Assembly: GCA_002328485.1 (NCBI GenBank) | Contig: DCUF01000082.1 | Coordinates: 14,533 to 78,532 of the forward strand | Origin: Deltaproteobacteria bacterium UBA2221 | GTDB lineage: Bacteria; Desulfobacterota; Syntrophorhabdia; Syntrophorhabdales; WCHB1-27 | Length of the DNA: 64,000 nt | Direction: 5' to 3' | Shown: positions 17,593 to 27,737 of the stretch, one piece after another | How the letters are laid out: each line of letters opens with the position of its first letter | Numbering within the stretch: position 1 is the first letter of the stretch | Position numbers and translations under genes: made by a program | Notes under the pieces: generated by a model | Database searches by the model: none | What the model saw: the letters and a program-made list of their open reading frames with translations, nothing else | Told to the model about the DNA's origin: nothing

Positions 17593-18285
17593 GTGAAAGC
17601 AGTCATTCTGGCTGGGGGCCTGGGAAGTCGGCTGCGTCCTTTCACTGAAGTAATACCAAAACCGCTGTTGCCTTTGGGCGAGAAGAGTCTGATGGAAGTG
17701 CAGATTGCGGGCCTTCGTGATAGTGGCTTCAATGAAATCTACATCGCAACGAACTATATGGCTGACTACGTGCAAGCCTTTCTCGGTGATGGCTCCAGGC
17801 TTGGAGTCAGTCTTACCTATAGCCGCGAACCGAAACCGCTTGGGACATGTGGCCCCCTTACGCTGCTCAAGGATCTATTGACTGAACCATTTCTTCTTGT
17901 GAATGGTGATATCCTGACGAAGCTGAGTTTCAAAGAATTCTTCGACTGGTCAGTTCGGCGTGAGAGTATGATGACAGTGGCTACCAAGATTATTTCCACA
18001 CCCTTTCGTTTTGGCAACGTAAGGGCGGATGAGAGAAATGAGATTATCGAGATCGAGGAGAAGCCTGACCTAAAAATGGAAATCCTTGCCGGCATCTACT
18101 TTATGAAGCCGGATATCCTGGCTCTCATCCCAGAAAACCAGTACTTCGGCATTGATACCCTGCTCAAGAATATGCTTGCGCGGCGAATGCTCGTTTCTCG
18201 ATTCCTAATCAGTGAGTACTGGATTGACATCGGCCAGGTCGAGGATTATAGCAAAGCGCGAGAAGCGTTCGATGCGAATTTCTAG
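17593..18285 (+). CDS. Sugar-phosphate nucleotidyltransferase
   Basis: MKAVILAGGLGSRLRPFTEVIPKPLLP is the G-x-G-x-R-L signature. GTG start with a GAGGGA RBS. Confidence 0.8.
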   Translation: MKAVILAGGLGSRLRPFTEVIPKPLLPLGEKSLMEVQIAGLRDSGFNEIYIATNYMADYVQAFLGDGSRLGVSLTYSREPKPLGTCGPLTLLKDLLTEPFLLVNGDILTKLSFKEFFDWSVRRESMMTVATKIISTPFRFGNVRADERNEIIEIEEKPDLKMEILAGIYFMKPDILALIPENQYFGIDTLLKNMLARRMLVSRFLISEYWIDIGQVEDYSKAREAFDANF

Positions 18286-18988
18286 CGCTACCGGGAACGG
18301 AGCAGGATTTGATGCCCTACCACGAGATTCTGTGGTTATCCTGGGTGCAGGTGGCCACGCGGCAGTTCTTATCGATATTATTAGGGAATCTAACATTTTA
18401 CAGATTGCGGGAATACTTGACCGTCCTCAATCTGCCCGCATCGGAGAAGCACATTGTAATGTGCCCATTATGGGCGGTGACGAACTGCTCTGTGTTCTTG
18501 AAGAGAGGGGGGTCAAGTCTTTTGTCGTGGGCGTTGGCTCCAAGGGAGACAATCGGCTACGGGAAGAACTCTATCATCTTGCGGTCAACGCGGGCCTATC
18601 GCCGTTTATGGTGATTCACCCATCATCAATGATTGCCTCGACGGCTCATCTCGGTCCTGGAGCCCAGATCCTGGCAGGATCCATTGTAAATTCATACGCG
18701 ACTGTCGGGGCTAACGCTATCATTAATACTGGGGCAGTGGTGGAGCATCATTGTGTTGTTGGAGAACATAGTCATGTTGCACCGGGAGCCGTGATAGGGG
18801 GCGAAGTCAGCATAGGGTATCGAGCTCACATCGGATTGGGGGCCAAGATCCGGGAAGGCCTTCGAATCGGCAACCATTCATTGGTCGGCGTTGGCGCTGT
18901 GGTAATTGATGATGTGGCTGATAATACCGTAGTGGTTGGAAATCCTGCCAAACATTTGAGGATGAATCTTATTGATATAGACACATAA
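18272..18988 (+). CDS. NeuD/PglD/VioB-family sugar N-acetyltransferase
   Basis: VVILGAGGHAAVLIDII is the N-terminal Rossmann-like motif, followed by hexapeptide repeats. ATG 18272 overlaps the upstream gene by 14 nt. The track start is 18212. Confidence 0.75.
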   Translation: MRISSATGNGAGFDALPRDSVVILGAGGHAAVLIDIIRESNILQIAGILDRPQSARIGEAHCNVPIMGGDELLCVLEERGVKSFVVGVGSKGDNRLREELYHLAVNAGLSPFMVIHPSSMIASTAHLGPGAQILAGSIVNSYATVGANAIINTGAVVEHHCVVGEHSHVAPGAVIGGEVSIGYRAHIGLGAKIREGLRIGNHSLVGVGAVVIDDVADNTVVVGNPAKHLRMNLIDIDT

Positions 18989-19101
18989 CCAACTGCCGGA
19001 AGAAAACAACTATGGCATTGGGTAAGAGAAGGCTTGGATCAGCGATTGCATCCAACTTTTCATGGTGGAGATAAATATGGGAATCCTTTGGGGACCATAG
19101 T

Positions 19102-20079
19102 ATGTCTGGCAAAAAGGTTCTGATAACTGGGGCTGGAGGTTTCATCGGGAGTCACCTGGCTGAGCGTCTCGTGATTGAGGGTGCTACGGTTAGGGCCTTT
19201 GTTCACTACAACGCCTCTGGCAAGAACGGCTGGCTGGACGAATCCGATTACCGGGGTGAGATGGAGATAGTCGCAGGCGACGTATGTGACCGTGATACCA
19301 TTCGCTCAGCAGCGAAGGGTGTGGAAGTGATATTTCACCTCGCAGCGCTCATAGCCATACCGTATTCTTATCAGGCGCCTTTTTCCTACATGAGAACCAA
19401 TATCGAAGGCACCCTCAACGTCTTGCAGAGCGCGATCGACCGAGGGGTCAAGAAGGTGATTCACACTTCTACGAGCGAGGTCTACGGCACGGCACGGCAC
19501 GTTCCCATAGATGAAAGTCACCCCCTGCAGGCTCAGTCACCTTATTCGGCAAGTAAGATCGGAGCCGACAAAGCGGCCGAAGCTTTTTACCATTCCTTCG
19601 GGCTGCCCATCGTTACCATCAGACCATTCAATACCTTTGGCCCCCGACAGTCCGGACGGGCGGTGGTGCCAACCATCATCGCTCAATGCCTGTCAGGAGA
19701 GGCAATACGGTTGGGGAGTGTACACCCCAGGCGCGACCTCAACTATGTTTCAAACACCGTGGACGGATATATTCTGGCATCGGAGTCCGATCAAGCTGTG
19801 GGGAAAACGATGAATCTCGGTTCTGGACGCGAAATCAGCATAGGGGATCTCGTGAAGGTCATAGCCGGTTTGACCAAGAGAGACGTGCATATTGAAGAAG
19901 ATCACAGGCGAGTGCGCCCAGAGAAGAGCGAGGTCGATAGACTGTTGGCGGATAGTAGTCAGGCAGACAAGATTCTTGGCTGGAAACCCAGAGTAGGCCT
20001 GGAGGAGGGTCTGTCGATCACGATTGAGTGGATGCGTCAAAACCTGACGAGATACCACTCGGACAAATACGCTATTTGA
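19102..20079 (+). CDS. Extended-SDR NAD-dependent sugar dehydratase/epimerase (4,6-dehydratase-like)
   Basis: VLITGAGGFIGSHL and STSEVYG...SPYSASKIGADK (YxxxK) are present. Confidence 0.8.
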   Translation: MSGKKVLITGAGGFIGSHLAERLVIEGATVRAFVHYNASGKNGWLDESDYRGEMEIVAGDVCDRDTIRSAAKGVEVIFHLAALIAIPYSYQAPFSYMRTNIEGTLNVLQSAIDRGVKKVIHTSTSEVYGTARHVPIDESHPLQAQSPYSASKIGADKAAEAFYHSFGLPIVTIRPFNTFGPRQSGRAVVPTIIAQCLSGEAIRLGSVHPRRDLNYVSNTVDGYILASESDQAVGKTMNLGSGREISIGDLVKVIAGLTKRDVHIEEDHRRVRPEKSEVDRLLADSSQADKILGWKPRVGLEEGLSITIEWMRQNLTRYHSDKYAI

Positions 20080-20087
20080 GGAGTATT

Positions 20088-21269
20088 GTGGGCGGGTGCA
20101 AAGAAGAGATTCCCCTGAGTGTGCCCTGTTTGAAAGGCAATGAGTGGAATTATGTCAAAGAATGCCTAGACACCAACTGGGTATCTTACGTAGGACCATT
20201 TGTGAAGCGATTCGAAAAGGAACTCGCAGTAGTGACGGACGCGCGACATGCCGTCGCCATGTCGAGCGGAACCGCCGCGTTGCATGTTGCCCTCATATTG
20301 GCAGGGGTGAAACCCGACGAAGAAGTAGTGATGCCTGCACTCACCTTTGTAGCCCCGGCAAATGCCGTTCGGTATTGTGGCGCATGGCCTGTTTTGATCG
20401 ATATCCAGGGCTGTGACTGGCAAATGGACATAGACCAGCTGTCCCATTTCCTTTCTGATAGCTGCGTCCGAAGGCGCGGCCTACTTTTCAACAAGATTAC
20501 CGGCAGGCGTGTGGCAGCTCTGTTGCCCGTGCATTTGCTTGGCGCAATGTGCGATGTGGACGCAGTGGCAGAACTGGCAACCATGTATGAGCTTCCGCTC
20601 ATCGAAGATGCTGCGGAATGTTTGGGCGCTACATACAAGAATAGGCCAATTGGTGCCTCTACGCCAGCCTACAATGGTCCGCTTCGTATCGTTGTTACCA
20701 GCTTCAATGGTAACAAGGTTATGACTACAGGTGGTGGAGGAGCTCTCCTTGCCAACGAAAATAGCGTGGCTGACAGGGCCATGCACTTGAGCACGACGGC
20801 GAAAGTGGATGATTTTGAATTTCTTCATGATGAAGTGGGCTACAACTATCGATTGACCAACATTGCTGCTGCACTAGGAGTTGCCCAACTTGAGCAACTG
20901 AATGACCATGTGGAATTCAAAAGGATGGTGGCTCACAGGTATGAAGGGATCTTCCTTGGCCATTCTCATATCACAGCCCATCCTGAGGCGCGGCAGTGCA
21001 GGAGCACTTTCTGGCTATACACGGTGCTTCTCGACATTCAATCCAAGCCGATAGTAGAGTACCTCAATAGCAAGGGCATTATGGCTCGCCGTGTCTGGCT
21101 GCCCATTACAGACGTGCCGCCCTTCAAAGACAAAGTATTCAGCACCGGGTGCCAAATGGCCAATCACCTTCATGAGTACGCTTTAAACATCCCCTGTAGC
21201 GTAGGGATCACGCCAGGCCAGATTGAGACCGTAGCGGAACAACTCACGTTTGCCATTTCTCGCCACTAA
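20088..21269 (+). CDS. DegT/DnrJ/EryC1 PLP aminotransferase
   Basis: GTG 20088 follows GAGGAG. AVAMSSGTAALHVAL...SFNGNKVMTTGGGG is present. The track start 20028 overlaps the SDR gene. Confidence 0.8.
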   Translation: MGGCKEEIPLSVPCLKGNEWNYVKECLDTNWVSYVGPFVKRFEKELAVVTDARHAVAMSSGTAALHVALILAGVKPDEEVVMPALTFVAPANAVRYCGAWPVLIDIQGCDWQMDIDQLSHFLSDSCVRRRGLLFNKITGRRVAALLPVHLLGAMCDVDAVAELATMYELPLIEDAAECLGATYKNRPIGASTPAYNGPLRIVVTSFNGNKVMTTGGGGALLANENSVADRAMHLSTTAKVDDFEFLHDEVGYNYRLTNIAAALGVAQLEQLNDHVEFKRMVAHRYEGIFLGHSHITAHPEARQCRSTFWLYTVLLDIQSKPIVEYLNSKGIMARRVWLPITDVPPFKDKVFSTGCQMANHLHEYALNIPCSVGITPGQIETVAEQLTFAISRH

Positions 21270-22804
21270 TGACGATGGGTGCTCAAATTCAGCCCTCAGA
21301 AGAAGCAGGAACCGGCCTGCGAGACAGCATCATCAGCGGTATTGTTTGGAAATCCGTGAACCAGATGCTTCTTCTCGCCGTTCAACTAGGTGTCATGGTT
21401 GTTTTGGCGCGGCTGCTTACGCCTCGAGACTATGGACTGGTAGGAATGGTTACGGCCATTACGGGATTTGCTGCTATCTTTGTGGATCTCGGTCTCACAA
21501 CAGCGATTATCCAAAAGCAAGACACGACACAGGTGGAGATGTCGACAGCATTTTGGACAAACAACGGGATGGGCATTCTTGTTTTTGTCGTTGTCTGGTT
21601 TTTGGCTTCCCCTATCGCTCGATTTTATGAAGAACCGTCACTGATCTGGATCACACGATGCATCGGATGCGTTTTTATCCTTACGCCGCTATCTTCCGTG
21701 CATAACGCACTACTAATGAAATCCCTTCGATTTAGAAGCGTGGTGCTTATCAACAGCACAGCGCTCCTGGTATCATCGGTTGCGGCCATTACCTCAGCCT
21801 TCATTGGGCTTGGATACTGGAGCCTGCTGATCCAACCGATAGTCATGGGTTTCGTCAATGCGGTCCTTCTGTGGTTGATTGTTGGATGGGTACCATCCTT
21901 AGCCTTTAGCGGAAGGGTATTGAAAGGTTTCATGGGGTTCAGCGGTTACCTGTCCCTGAACCAGGCAGTTGGGTACTGGAGCCGAAACATCGATAAGCTC
22001 ATGATTGGTAGACTCGCAGGAACAATATCATTGGGTCTCTATTCCCGTGCTTACATCTTGATGCTCATGCCACTGCAACAGGTTTCTAACGTAGTTGATT
22101 CCGTTCTCTTTCCAGCTTATGCCAAGATTCAGAATAACCGGCGGGAAATTGCCCAGATCTACCTCAAGGCGATGAGGCTAACCGCACTGGTAACCTTTCC
22201 AATTTCTTTCGGTTTGTGGGCCATTTCGGAACCAGCCGTACTTGTCGTATTTGGTTCGAAATGGTATGACGCGGTACCAATACTGCAGGTGCTTTGCCCT
22301 CTCGGTGCAGTACAATCCATCCTATCACTAAATGGGTCTATCTATCTGTCGCAAGGAAATACGAGACGAGCGTTGGTTGTAACTTCTTGTGTGACCCTTG
22401 GAACATCGATCGCTTTCTATCTTGGATACTGGGCGGCGGGGATGACAGGTATGGTCTGGGCATACTTTATCTTTTGTTTAATGGCTGCCCCATTTATCTA
22501 TCTTTCAGCCGCGTCGCTCATCCAGTTGACGCTGCTTGATCTGTTACGAAACCTTCGGGGATTAGCTGAAGCCACGGTCTCAATGCTACTTGTTGTCTTA
22601 TGTCTGCGATTTCTTGTTGATTCTTCGGGCTGCCTCATGCAATTGAGTGTGCTAGTCACTGGTGGTTTTGTTGCCTACCTCATTGCTCTCCATCTCCTGA
22701 GGGTTAAAGCATACCGGGAAGCCGTTAGGTTGGTACGTTTGAAGCTGCTTGGCGCACTTCGTGAGCCTCAGACCCGAGAGGGCGGGACATTAGGAAGCGT
22801 GTAG
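21269..22804 (+). CDS. wzx: Wzx-type flippase (MOP/polysaccharide biosynthesis protein family)
   Basis: 511 aa, highly hydrophobic and multi-spanning. The start overlaps the upstream stop (TAATG). Confidence 0.8.
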   Translation: MTMGAQIQPSEEAGTGLRDSIISGIVWKSVNQMLLLAVQLGVMVVLARLLTPRDYGLVGMVTAITGFAAIFVDLGLTTAIIQKQDTTQVEMSTAFWTNNGMGILVFVVVWFLASPIARFYEEPSLIWITRCIGCVFILTPLSSVHNALLMKSLRFRSVVLINSTALLVSSVAAITSAFIGLGYWSLLIQPIVMGFVNAVLLWLIVGWVPSLAFSGRVLKGFMGFSGYLSLNQAVGYWSRNIDKLMIGRLAGTISLGLYSRAYILMLMPLQQVSNVVDSVLFPAYAKIQNNRREIAQIYLKAMRLTALVTFPISFGLWAISEPAVLVVFGSKWYDAVPILQVLCPLGAVQSILSLNGSIYLSQGNTRRALVVTSCVTLGTSIAFYLGYWAAGMTGMVWAYFIFCLMAAPFIYLSAASLIQLTLLDLLRNLRGLAEATVSMLLVVLCLRFLVDSSGCLMQLSVLVTGGFVAYLIALHLLRVKAYREAVRLVRLKLLGALREPQTREGGTLGSV

Positions 22805-23080
22805 CGGAGCCAAGAGAGTCATTCCTGGACGGCTCAGATCGGCTTAGGCCTTCACAAACGGACGACCCAATAGACACCTGCCCGGCGGGCCATGTTTTTG
22901 TGGAACATGAACCGGCCCACAGATGTCGATCGGTGCGGTAGAACTCAATCGCTTTGATTACGCCTATGCCGATATGTTTTGGAGCAGGACCACACATGAT
23001 ATCCCAGGGCTCTGCTCTGAAAGGAAGACCACTTTAGCACTCGCAAAACTGTACTGCAATCCGGGCGATAGGTAATAAGA

Positions 23081-25057
23081 ATGTGTGGAATTTTGGGACT
23101 CTTTAGCTCAGGGGTAATCCAGAGCCATGGTCATGCGCTTCAGGCCGCAAACGATCTCGTGAGCTACCGGGGACCAGATGGAGCGGGGTTTGCCCTGCTG
23201 TCTTCGCAGCCCTCGCAGCAGCCCTGGGGCACCTTTAGTACGTACATGCCTACCGACAGCGGACCGCGACACGTAGACCTGGTCCTCGCGCATCGGCGAC
23301 TGGCCATAATCGATCTTTCTCCAACGGCAAGCCAACCCATGAGCAGCACGGATGGCAGTCTGTGGATTACCTATAACGGTGAGATCTACAACTACATCGA
23401 GCTTCGGACTGAGCTTGAAAAACTCGGCCATCAATTTGCCAGTCATTCCGACACAGAGGTGATTCTCCACGCCTACCAGGAATGGGGCGAGGCATGTGTG
23501 AATCGGTTCAACGGTATGTGGGCCTTTGCCATTGCCGACATGCCGCAGAGAAGGCTCTTCTGCTCCCGCGATCGTTTCGGGGTTAAGCCTTTTCACTATT
23601 TCTTCGACGGGAAACACTTCCTCTTCGGCTCCGAGATAAAGCAGCTTTTGTGTTTTTCCTTTGTCCCCCGCCGGATAAACAAGGCAGCCATCTACGAGTA
23701 CCTGGCGCATTTTTCGGTAGAGCATTCTGACCAGACATTCTTCTCAGGTATCGCCAATCTCCTTCCAGGGCATAATTTAACATTCGACTTCAGTAATCTG
23801 TCCGTCAAAACAGAAAGATTCTACGCCCCCCGCTTTTCTGTCAATCAAGATATCACTGCGGCTCAAGCCTCTGAGCAGTTCCTGAGCCTTCTTGAGGACA
23901 GCGTAAGACTTCGACTGCGTAGTGATGTAGAAGTCGGTAGCTGTTTGTCCGGCGGTCTTGACAGCTCCTCAATTGTTTGCCTCATGCGTCTTCTGCTGTC
24001 CGACCAGAATCACGGAAAGGTGCAGCACGCCTTCAGTTCCCATTTTGAGGACAAGGAAGCCAATGAACTGGAGTACACCAAGGAGGCTGTTGAAAAAAGC
24101 GGAGTCACCGCCCACTACATCTATCCGACGCCTGAAGGTTTTTTGCGTGATCTTGATCGGATAATATGGCACCAGGAGGAGCCTTTTGGCTCGACAAGCA
24201 TTTTTGCTCAATGGTCCGTGTTCAAGTCCGTTCATGCCCATGGCATTAAAGTGATGCTCGATGGCCAAGGAGCAGACGAGATTCTGGCTGGCTACCCGTC
24301 AACGGGATACCACCTCTTCAGCGAGTTTCTTGCAAAAGGACAGCTGCTGCAATACCTTATGGAGGGTCGGGATCAAAGGCGTGTCGTGGGACGACCTCTC
24401 ATCAACCTTGCATTTCAGCCGATGGCTTTGTTGACAGGTCCGCCCTGGCGGGATCTTGCGGCACGGGCGCAAAGGATGCTGCCCGGAAGTCTTCCTCCAA
24501 ACACCATGTGGCTTGACCCTGGATTTATCAGACAGTACAAGGACAGCAGCGCCTACAAGGCAAATCGACATAGGCTTGCCTTTCAGCCTTCGGAGGTTCT
24601 CAATAACGAGCTGTACCGGCTTACCTTCCACAGTCACCTTCAGGCTCTGCTTAAGTACGAGGACCGAAACTCGATGGCTTTTTCCGTTGAGGGAAGGCTT
24701 CCATTCCTTGATTACCGGGTTGTGGAATTTGCTTTCAGTCTACCGTCATCCTTTAAGATCCGCGGAGGATATACGAAGCGAGTGTTGCGGGAGAGCATGA
24801 GAGGAATACTGCCCGAGAAAGTGCGACAAAGGGTAAGCAAGCTCGGTTTTGCTACCCCCGAGCGCGCCTGGCAACGTACTGTCCTCCGTCCAAAAATAGA
24901 AGACGCCTTGTGCGACCCGCGATTATCCGCCTTCATTGTTCCTGACCGCGCCCGCGATTATCTAAGAATTATAGACAAGTCCGGTCAAACGGACTTCATG
25001 CCCTGGCTTTGGACGAACCTATCTCTGTGGATGAAGGTGCACGATCTGGAGCCGTAA
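23081..25057 (+). CDS. asnB: Asparagine synthase (glutamine-hydrolysing) family amidotransferase
   Basis: MCGILGLF is the Ntn Cys2 N-terminus. SCLSGGLDSS is the PP-loop. Confidence 0.9.
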   Translation: MCGILGLFSSGVIQSHGHALQAANDLVSYRGPDGAGFALLSSQPSQQPWGTFSTYMPTDSGPRHVDLVLAHRRLAIIDLSPTASQPMSSTDGSLWITYNGEIYNYIELRTELEKLGHQFASHSDTEVILHAYQEWGEACVNRFNGMWAFAIADMPQRRLFCSRDRFGVKPFHYFFDGKHFLFGSEIKQLLCFSFVPRRINKAAIYEYLAHFSVEHSDQTFFSGIANLLPGHNLTFDFSNLSVKTERFYAPRFSVNQDITAAQASEQFLSLLEDSVRLRLRSDVEVGSCLSGGLDSSSIVCLMRLLLSDQNHGKVQHAFSSHFEDKEANELEYTKEAVEKSGVTAHYIYPTPEGFLRDLDRIIWHQEEPFGSTSIFAQWSVFKSVHAHGIKVMLDGQGADEILAGYPSTGYHLFSEFLAKGQLLQYLMEGRDQRRVVGRPLINLAFQPMALLTGPPWRDLAARAQRMLPGSLPPNTMWLDPGFIRQYKDSSAYKANRHRLAFQPSEVLNNELYRLTFHSHLQALLKYEDRNSMAFSVEGRLPFLDYRVVEFAFSLPSSFKIRGGYTKRVLRESMRGILPEKVRQRVSKLGFATPERAWQRTVLRPKIEDALCDPRLSAFIVPDRARDYLRIIDKSGQTDFMPWLWTNLSLWMKVHDLEP

Positions 25058-25152
25058 AAGTCTCACAGACCGTGGAAAACCCGGTTGAGGCTCGACAAGA
25101 AAAGCAATAAGGACAAGGAAATGTTAGCTTTAAGCAGACGAGGGTACATAGA

Positions 25153-26301
25153 ATGAAGATCGCCAACATCATCGGGGCTCGTCCCCAGTTCGTCAAATAT
25201 TTTCCCGTCGCCAAGGCCGTTGAATTGCACAACACCTCCTCTGGCGCAAGGAGGATTACGGATGTCCTCATCCATACAGGCCAGCACTATGACTACGAGA
25301 TGTCGAAAGTGTTTTTCGACGAATTGGGAATCCGTACCCCGAATTATCATCTTGAAGTGGGGTCGGGAACCCATGGCGAACAGACAGGCGAAGCAATGAA
25401 GAGGGTCGAGAAAGTCCTGCTCGACGAGGCGCCTGATCTGGTAGTCGTTTACGGGGATACCAATTCTACCCTCGCAGGGGCGTTGGCCGCCGTCAAGCTT
25501 CATATTCCTGTGGCTCATATCGAAGCAGGGCTTCGTAGCTTTAACAGAAAGATGCCTGAGGAGATCAACCGCGTCTTGACCGATCACGTCTCTTCTCTTC
25601 TCTTCTGTCCAAACCCAAGGGCAACGGAAAATCTGAGAATGGAGGGCATTTGTGCAGATCTCAACAATGGGATCCTGATGAATTCCGAAACCCTTCAAAA
25701 CCTCGACTTTCTGCCCGAGCGGAGTGTTCTTAACGTGGGTGACGTAATGTATGATGTGCTCCTTCTTGCCGCCGAGGTTACTGAGGACAAATCAGCCGTT
25801 GCCAACAGGCTTGAACTTTCTCATAAAGACTACCTGCTTCTGACACTCCATAGGGCTGAAAACACGGATGATCCCACAAGGTTTTCAGAAATCGTGCGCT
25901 TTGTGAACGATATTTCTTCAGGGAAAACGGTGGTCTTCCCAATGCACCCAAGAACAAGAAAGGTTTATGCAGCCTCTTCGGACAAATTTCACTCGGCAGT
26001 GCAAATCATTAGCCCTGTCGGATACTTCGATTCTCTTGCTCTCATGAAACACAGTGGTCTTGTGATGACAGATTCAGGCGGAATGCAGAAGGAAGCCTTC
26101 TGGCTGAAGGTTCCTTGCATCACCTTAAGAAACGAGACGGAATGGGTGGAAACCGTAGAAAGCGGATGGAATGTGCTCTATAGTGAGTACAAGGGTCGAC
26201 ATTCTCCAACTGATTCTATCAATACGGTTTACGGAGACGGACTTGCGGCCCAAAGAATCGTGGGTGCCATTGAGCGTTACCTGTGGGGTAAGACCTCTTA
26301 A
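25153..26301 (+). CDS. wecB: UDP-N-acetylglucosamine 2-epimerase (non-hydrolysing; WecB/WbpI type)
   Basis: IIGARPQFVK...HTGQHYD...VYGDTNSTLAGALAA...HIEAGLRSFN...MPEEINR is present. Confidence 0.9.
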   Translation: MKIANIIGARPQFVKYFPVAKAVELHNTSSGARRITDVLIHTGQHYDYEMSKVFFDELGIRTPNYHLEVGSGTHGEQTGEAMKRVEKVLLDEAPDLVVVYGDTNSTLAGALAAVKLHIPVAHIEAGLRSFNRKMPEEINRVLTDHVSSLLFCPNPRATENLRMEGICADLNNGILMNSETLQNLDFLPERSVLNVGDVMYDVLLLAAEVTEDKSAVANRLELSHKDYLLLTLHRAENTDDPTRFSEIVRFVNDISSGKTVVFPMHPRTRKVYAASSDKFHSAVQIISPVGYFDSLALMKHSGLVMTDSGGMQKEAFWLKVPCITLRNETEWVETVESGWNVLYSEYKGRHSPTDSINTVYGDGLAAQRIVGAIERYLWGKTS

Positions 26302-26341
26302 AAATGAACATGTGCTCAGAGCGAACCGAGAGGAGCGGAAT

Positions 26342-27646
26342 TTGGTCGAAAGGAACAGAAAGGACGCCACAAGAGACGTGAGAAGAAGAATCTGCATTCT
26401 CTCCTTTTCCCACATAGCCCGTGATGCAAGAGTACTGAGGCAAGTAAAGTACCTCGCTCCGTATTATGACCTGACGGTAATCGGTTTCGGACCACCTCAC
26501 AAAGACTGGCAGAATGCCCCGAACGTGAAGTGGATAGATCTGAATCAACCAGGCGGTGGTTCGTTTTCTGTGCATTCAGCTTCAAGCCCGGCCATTTCTT
26601 TGGGGCGTTTCCACGGAGCCAGAATGGCAAAAAAGGTCTTTCCGAAGGTGAAGAATTTTGTGCGTACAAATGCAGCAAGAGCGATAAAGGTCGCAGCAAT
26701 ACTTGCACCCGAACTCTACTACCAGGTCTGGATACGACAGTGGGGGCACGCCGGAGCTCTCGAATCCATTCTTTCGGAGCCGTGTGACATCTATCACGCT
26801 AACGACTGGGATGCGTTACCCGCTGCAGCGGAAGCTGCTCGGCAGAGTAGAGGCAAATTAGTCGTGGACCTGCATGAGTATGGGCCACTCGAGTGGGAGG
26901 AGAAGCGTGATTGGTGGCTTACCCGTCGGATGGTCATGCACTTTCTGCGGGAATATGGGCTCGGGGCCCAAGCTTGGATCACCGTTGCGCCTTTGATCGC
27001 AGACAGATACCGAAACGAATTTCACATGAATCCTCTCGTCATCAGGAATGTTTCCGAAAGAATCGATCTTCCGTCCAGAAGGGTAAATCCCGAAAAGATT
27101 ACATTGGTCCATCATGGCGGAGCATCCGGCGTCAGGAGGCCGGAAGACATGATACGGGCTGTGGGGTTGTCAGATTCGCGATACAGTCTGAATTTGATAT
27201 TTCTTCAGAACGATTATGTAAAGAAACTCAAAGAATTGGCCGATGCGGCAGCCCCGGGGCGAGTACAGTTTCACGAACCGGTGCCTCCGGAAGATATCGT
27301 GAGACGGATCTCTCAGTTCGACGTAGGTCTCCATTTTATACCGCCCACGAGTTATAATAATCTGGTCTCCCTGCCGAACAAGTTTTTCGACTTCATCAAC
27401 GCCGGTCTGGCGGTCTGCATCGGCCCCTCGCCTTCCATGGAAGAGATCGTCAAGCAATATGGCCTTGGATGCATATCCCCTTCCTTTGAACCCAATCAGA
27501 TTGCAGCACTGCTTAATCGGACGAGTGCCCATCAGTGGGATGCGATGCGGGAAGGTTCGCGAAAGGCTTCTGAGGAACTAAATGCACAACGGGAGATGGA
27601 GAAACTCGTGACACTGTACGAAGGACTGTTTCAGAGAGATAACTAA
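26342..27646 (+). CDS. Glycosyltransferase (GT-B, GT4-like)
   Basis: RICILSFSH...HANDWDALPAA... is present in a GT-locus context. The proposed start is TTG 26342, 6 nt after AGGAG. The track start 26171 lies inside wecB. Confidence 0.6.
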   Translation: MVERNRKDATRDVRRRICILSFSHIARDARVLRQVKYLAPYYDLTVIGFGPPHKDWQNAPNVKWIDLNQPGGGSFSVHSASSPAISLGRFHGARMAKKVFPKVKNFVRTNAARAIKVAAILAPELYYQVWIRQWGHAGALESILSEPCDIYHANDWDALPAAAEAARQSRGKLVVDLHEYGPLEWEEKRDWWLTRRMVMHFLREYGLGAQAWITVAPLIADRYRNEFHMNPLVIRNVSERIDLPSRRVNPEKITLVHHGGASGVRRPEDMIRAVGLSDSRYSLNLIFLQNDYVKKLKELADAAAPGRVQFHEPVPPEDIVRRISQFDVGLHFIPPTSYNNLVSLPNKFFDFINAGLAVCIGPSPSMEEIVKQYGLGCISPSFEPNQIAALLNRTSAHQWDAMREGSRKASEELNAQREMEKLVTLYEGLFQRDN

Positions 27647-27737
27647 AAAACTTCGTTCCCTATGATTGTTGCAGTAGCCGACTGATCACTGATCCTCGAT
27701 TTGCAATGATGGCAATATAAAGGGCTGACAACTCACC

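Noticed and set aside
22805-23080. 276-bp gap inside the glycan locus with a 90-aa minus-strand ORF (22725..22997)
   Set aside because: The ORF has no RBS or recognisable motif and overlaps the wzx 3' end. The gap is probably an internal promoter or spacer region. I could not support any feature there.
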